A stretch of DNA of 64,000 nucleotides, taken from an uncultured Chloroflexia bacterium (GTDB taxonomy: Bacteria; Chloroflexota; Chloroflexia; QHBQ01; JADMIH01). The number at the start of each line of letters is the position of its first letter. Position 1 is the first letter of the stretch. Under the pieces are notes generated by a model that was given only the letters and a program-made list of their open reading frames with translations, did no database searches and was not told the origin of the DNA. A program made the translations under genes and the position numbers. The stretch is from assembly GCA_963797095.1 (NCBI GenBank), contig CAWCNY010000005.1, positions 480,001 through 544,000 of the forward strand, given 5' to 3'. Shown here piece after piece: positions 62,745-64,000 of the stretch.

Positions 62745-63278
62745 ATGCCCAACGGCCCGACCCACGATTTCATAACCGTCGTTTCAGCAGCAGCTATAAC
62801 ACCGCTGGCGCTCAACAGCGCCTTGCCCGACAGCAACCCTACCAACACCGTAGTCCTCATTGGGTCTTATCTGGCATCCGGGCTTCTTTTCAGCCCCGAC
62901 CTCGACTTACGCTCGGTGCCCTACAGGCGTTGGCGCATGCTGCGCTTCATCTGGATCCCCTACCAGAAACTCGTCCCGCACAGAAGCTGGATATCACATA
63001 GCTTCTTCTTCGGCCCTTTGCTGCGCGTCCTCTACTTCGCAGCGATCATGTGTCTGCTCACATTTCTTGTACTGGCAATCATCAATGCGCTCGTACCTAT
63101 CGACCCGACGGGCATTTTTCTCAATACAGCCACCCAGATCAGCGCCTGGATGCAAGCCCATCCCTGGGTAATCGCCTACGCGGCGGCGGGCTTCATCCTG
63201 GGCGGAGCCAGCCACACCCTGGCTGACTCGATTTGGTCGTGGATCAAGCGCAAGCTTCGCATCATAACGCGCTTTTGA
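62745..63278 (+). CDS. DUF2227 putative metal-binding membrane protein
   Basis: MP.G.THD, SPDLD, W.PY....HRS..SH, H..AD. Confidence 0.85.
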   Translation: MPNGPTHDFITVVSAAAITPLALNSALPDSNPTNTVVLIGSYLASGLLFSPDLDLRSVPYRRWRMLRFIWIPYQKLVPHRSWISHSFFFGPLLRVLYFAAIMCLLTFLVLAIINALVPIDPTGIFLNTATQISAWMQAHPWVIAYAAAGFILGGASHTLADSIWSWIKRKLRIITRF

Positions 63279-63621
63279 TCTGCCGCCTCCTTACCCAAAG
63301 GTCCTATCTTGCCATGGGGAGTTCGTGTTAGTACGATGGTCCCTTTTCGGGATGGTACTGTGTTAGTACCACTACCTCTAAGAGCGCCGAATATTCTACC
63401 CATTAGGCTGTTGTGCGTGTCTTATCTTCTAGGTACGATAGTAAGGGCAATGAGCGTGCCGCAGCTAACTTCGTCACTCCTCCAATCGATCTACTTACCA
63501 AATATCCGCTCCTGCCCTTACATTTACACACTGATATGGGAGTCCGATTGAGACTGACAGACTCCTACCCTGATCCGGAAGATTCCATTATGGGCGCAAC
63601 AGGAGAACCGGCTTGGAGCTA

Positions 63622-64000
63622 ATGAAGAGCTATATCGCACCGTCAACCAGAAGCCGATTATCTAGAACAGTGCGCGCGCTACTGACACTGGCGCTGGCAC
63701 TATCTATCCTCGTCACAGCACCTGCTACGGTAACGCAGCCGCAGGCTGTCGTACACCCACAACTCCTGGAAGCTGCCGCCAAAGATCCTGGGCAGATGGT
63801 CCAGGTCATAGTGCAGAAATCGGCGAGGACCGACACCCCTGACAACCTCGTCCGATCGCTGGGCGGAACCATCACCCAGCAGCTCGATATCATCAATGCC
63901 TTCGCGGCGCAGATGCCCGCCGGGGCAATCGCCAGGGTCGCTGACGGGGGCAGTGTCCGTGCCATCACACCCGATGCTCCCGTCCAGGAGAGTGGAACAA
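63622..64000 (+). CDS. secreted protein, probably an S8 peptidase prodomain (truncated by window end)
   Basis: GGAG RBS, signal peptide MKSYIAP...LLTLALALSIL, then VQVIVQ...LGG.IT.QL.IINAFAA...V.AITPDAPV; not in the ORF track because there is no stop in the window. Confidence 0.6.
   Translation, partial: MKSYIAPSTRSRLSRTVRALLTLALALSILVTAPATVTQPQAVVHPQLLEAAAKDPGQMVQVIVQKSARTDTPDNLVRSLGGTITQQLDIINAFAAQMPAGAIARVADGGSVRAITPDAPVQESGT

Overview
Bacterial chromosomal window (roughly 55-60% GC by eye). The gene content suggests a soil Chloroflexota (inference from the Cys-rich SLH-like tails and the ISNCY and ISAzo13 transposases). It begins with tRNA-Leu(CAG) and a frameshifted IS. A cell-surface block follows: M12 protease, SGNH hydrolase, a 4156-aa modular surface protein and an FG-GAP protein. 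The rest holds a TetR-ABC exporter, DUF512 radical SAM and PHP genes, a small insert with a Gfo/Idh/MocA pseudogene, M20/DAO/gluconokinase genes, glnA, oppDF, asparaginase, an S53 protease, DUF711, a SAM-I riboswitch ahead of a yitJ-like methionine gene, ISAzo13, a glcF-like gene and Nudix genes. Best hidden finding: a membrane-anchored rhodanese whose ORF is cut by an in-frame TGA in a C-x-U motif. The domain continues after the TGA and a hairpin follows it directly, so this is a probable selenoprotein. Other signals: (1) many 7-nt-period repeat arrays and inverted heptamer hairpins at gene junctions, one of them in frame inside yitJ; (2) eight modules in the giant protein, each bracketed by Cys; (3) an extreme local C>G strand skew that does not depend on gene orientation; (4) a nested REP/MITE structure; (5) a deleted duplicate of the PHP gene and its promoter upstream of the insert. 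All family assignments come from motif recognition, not database searches.
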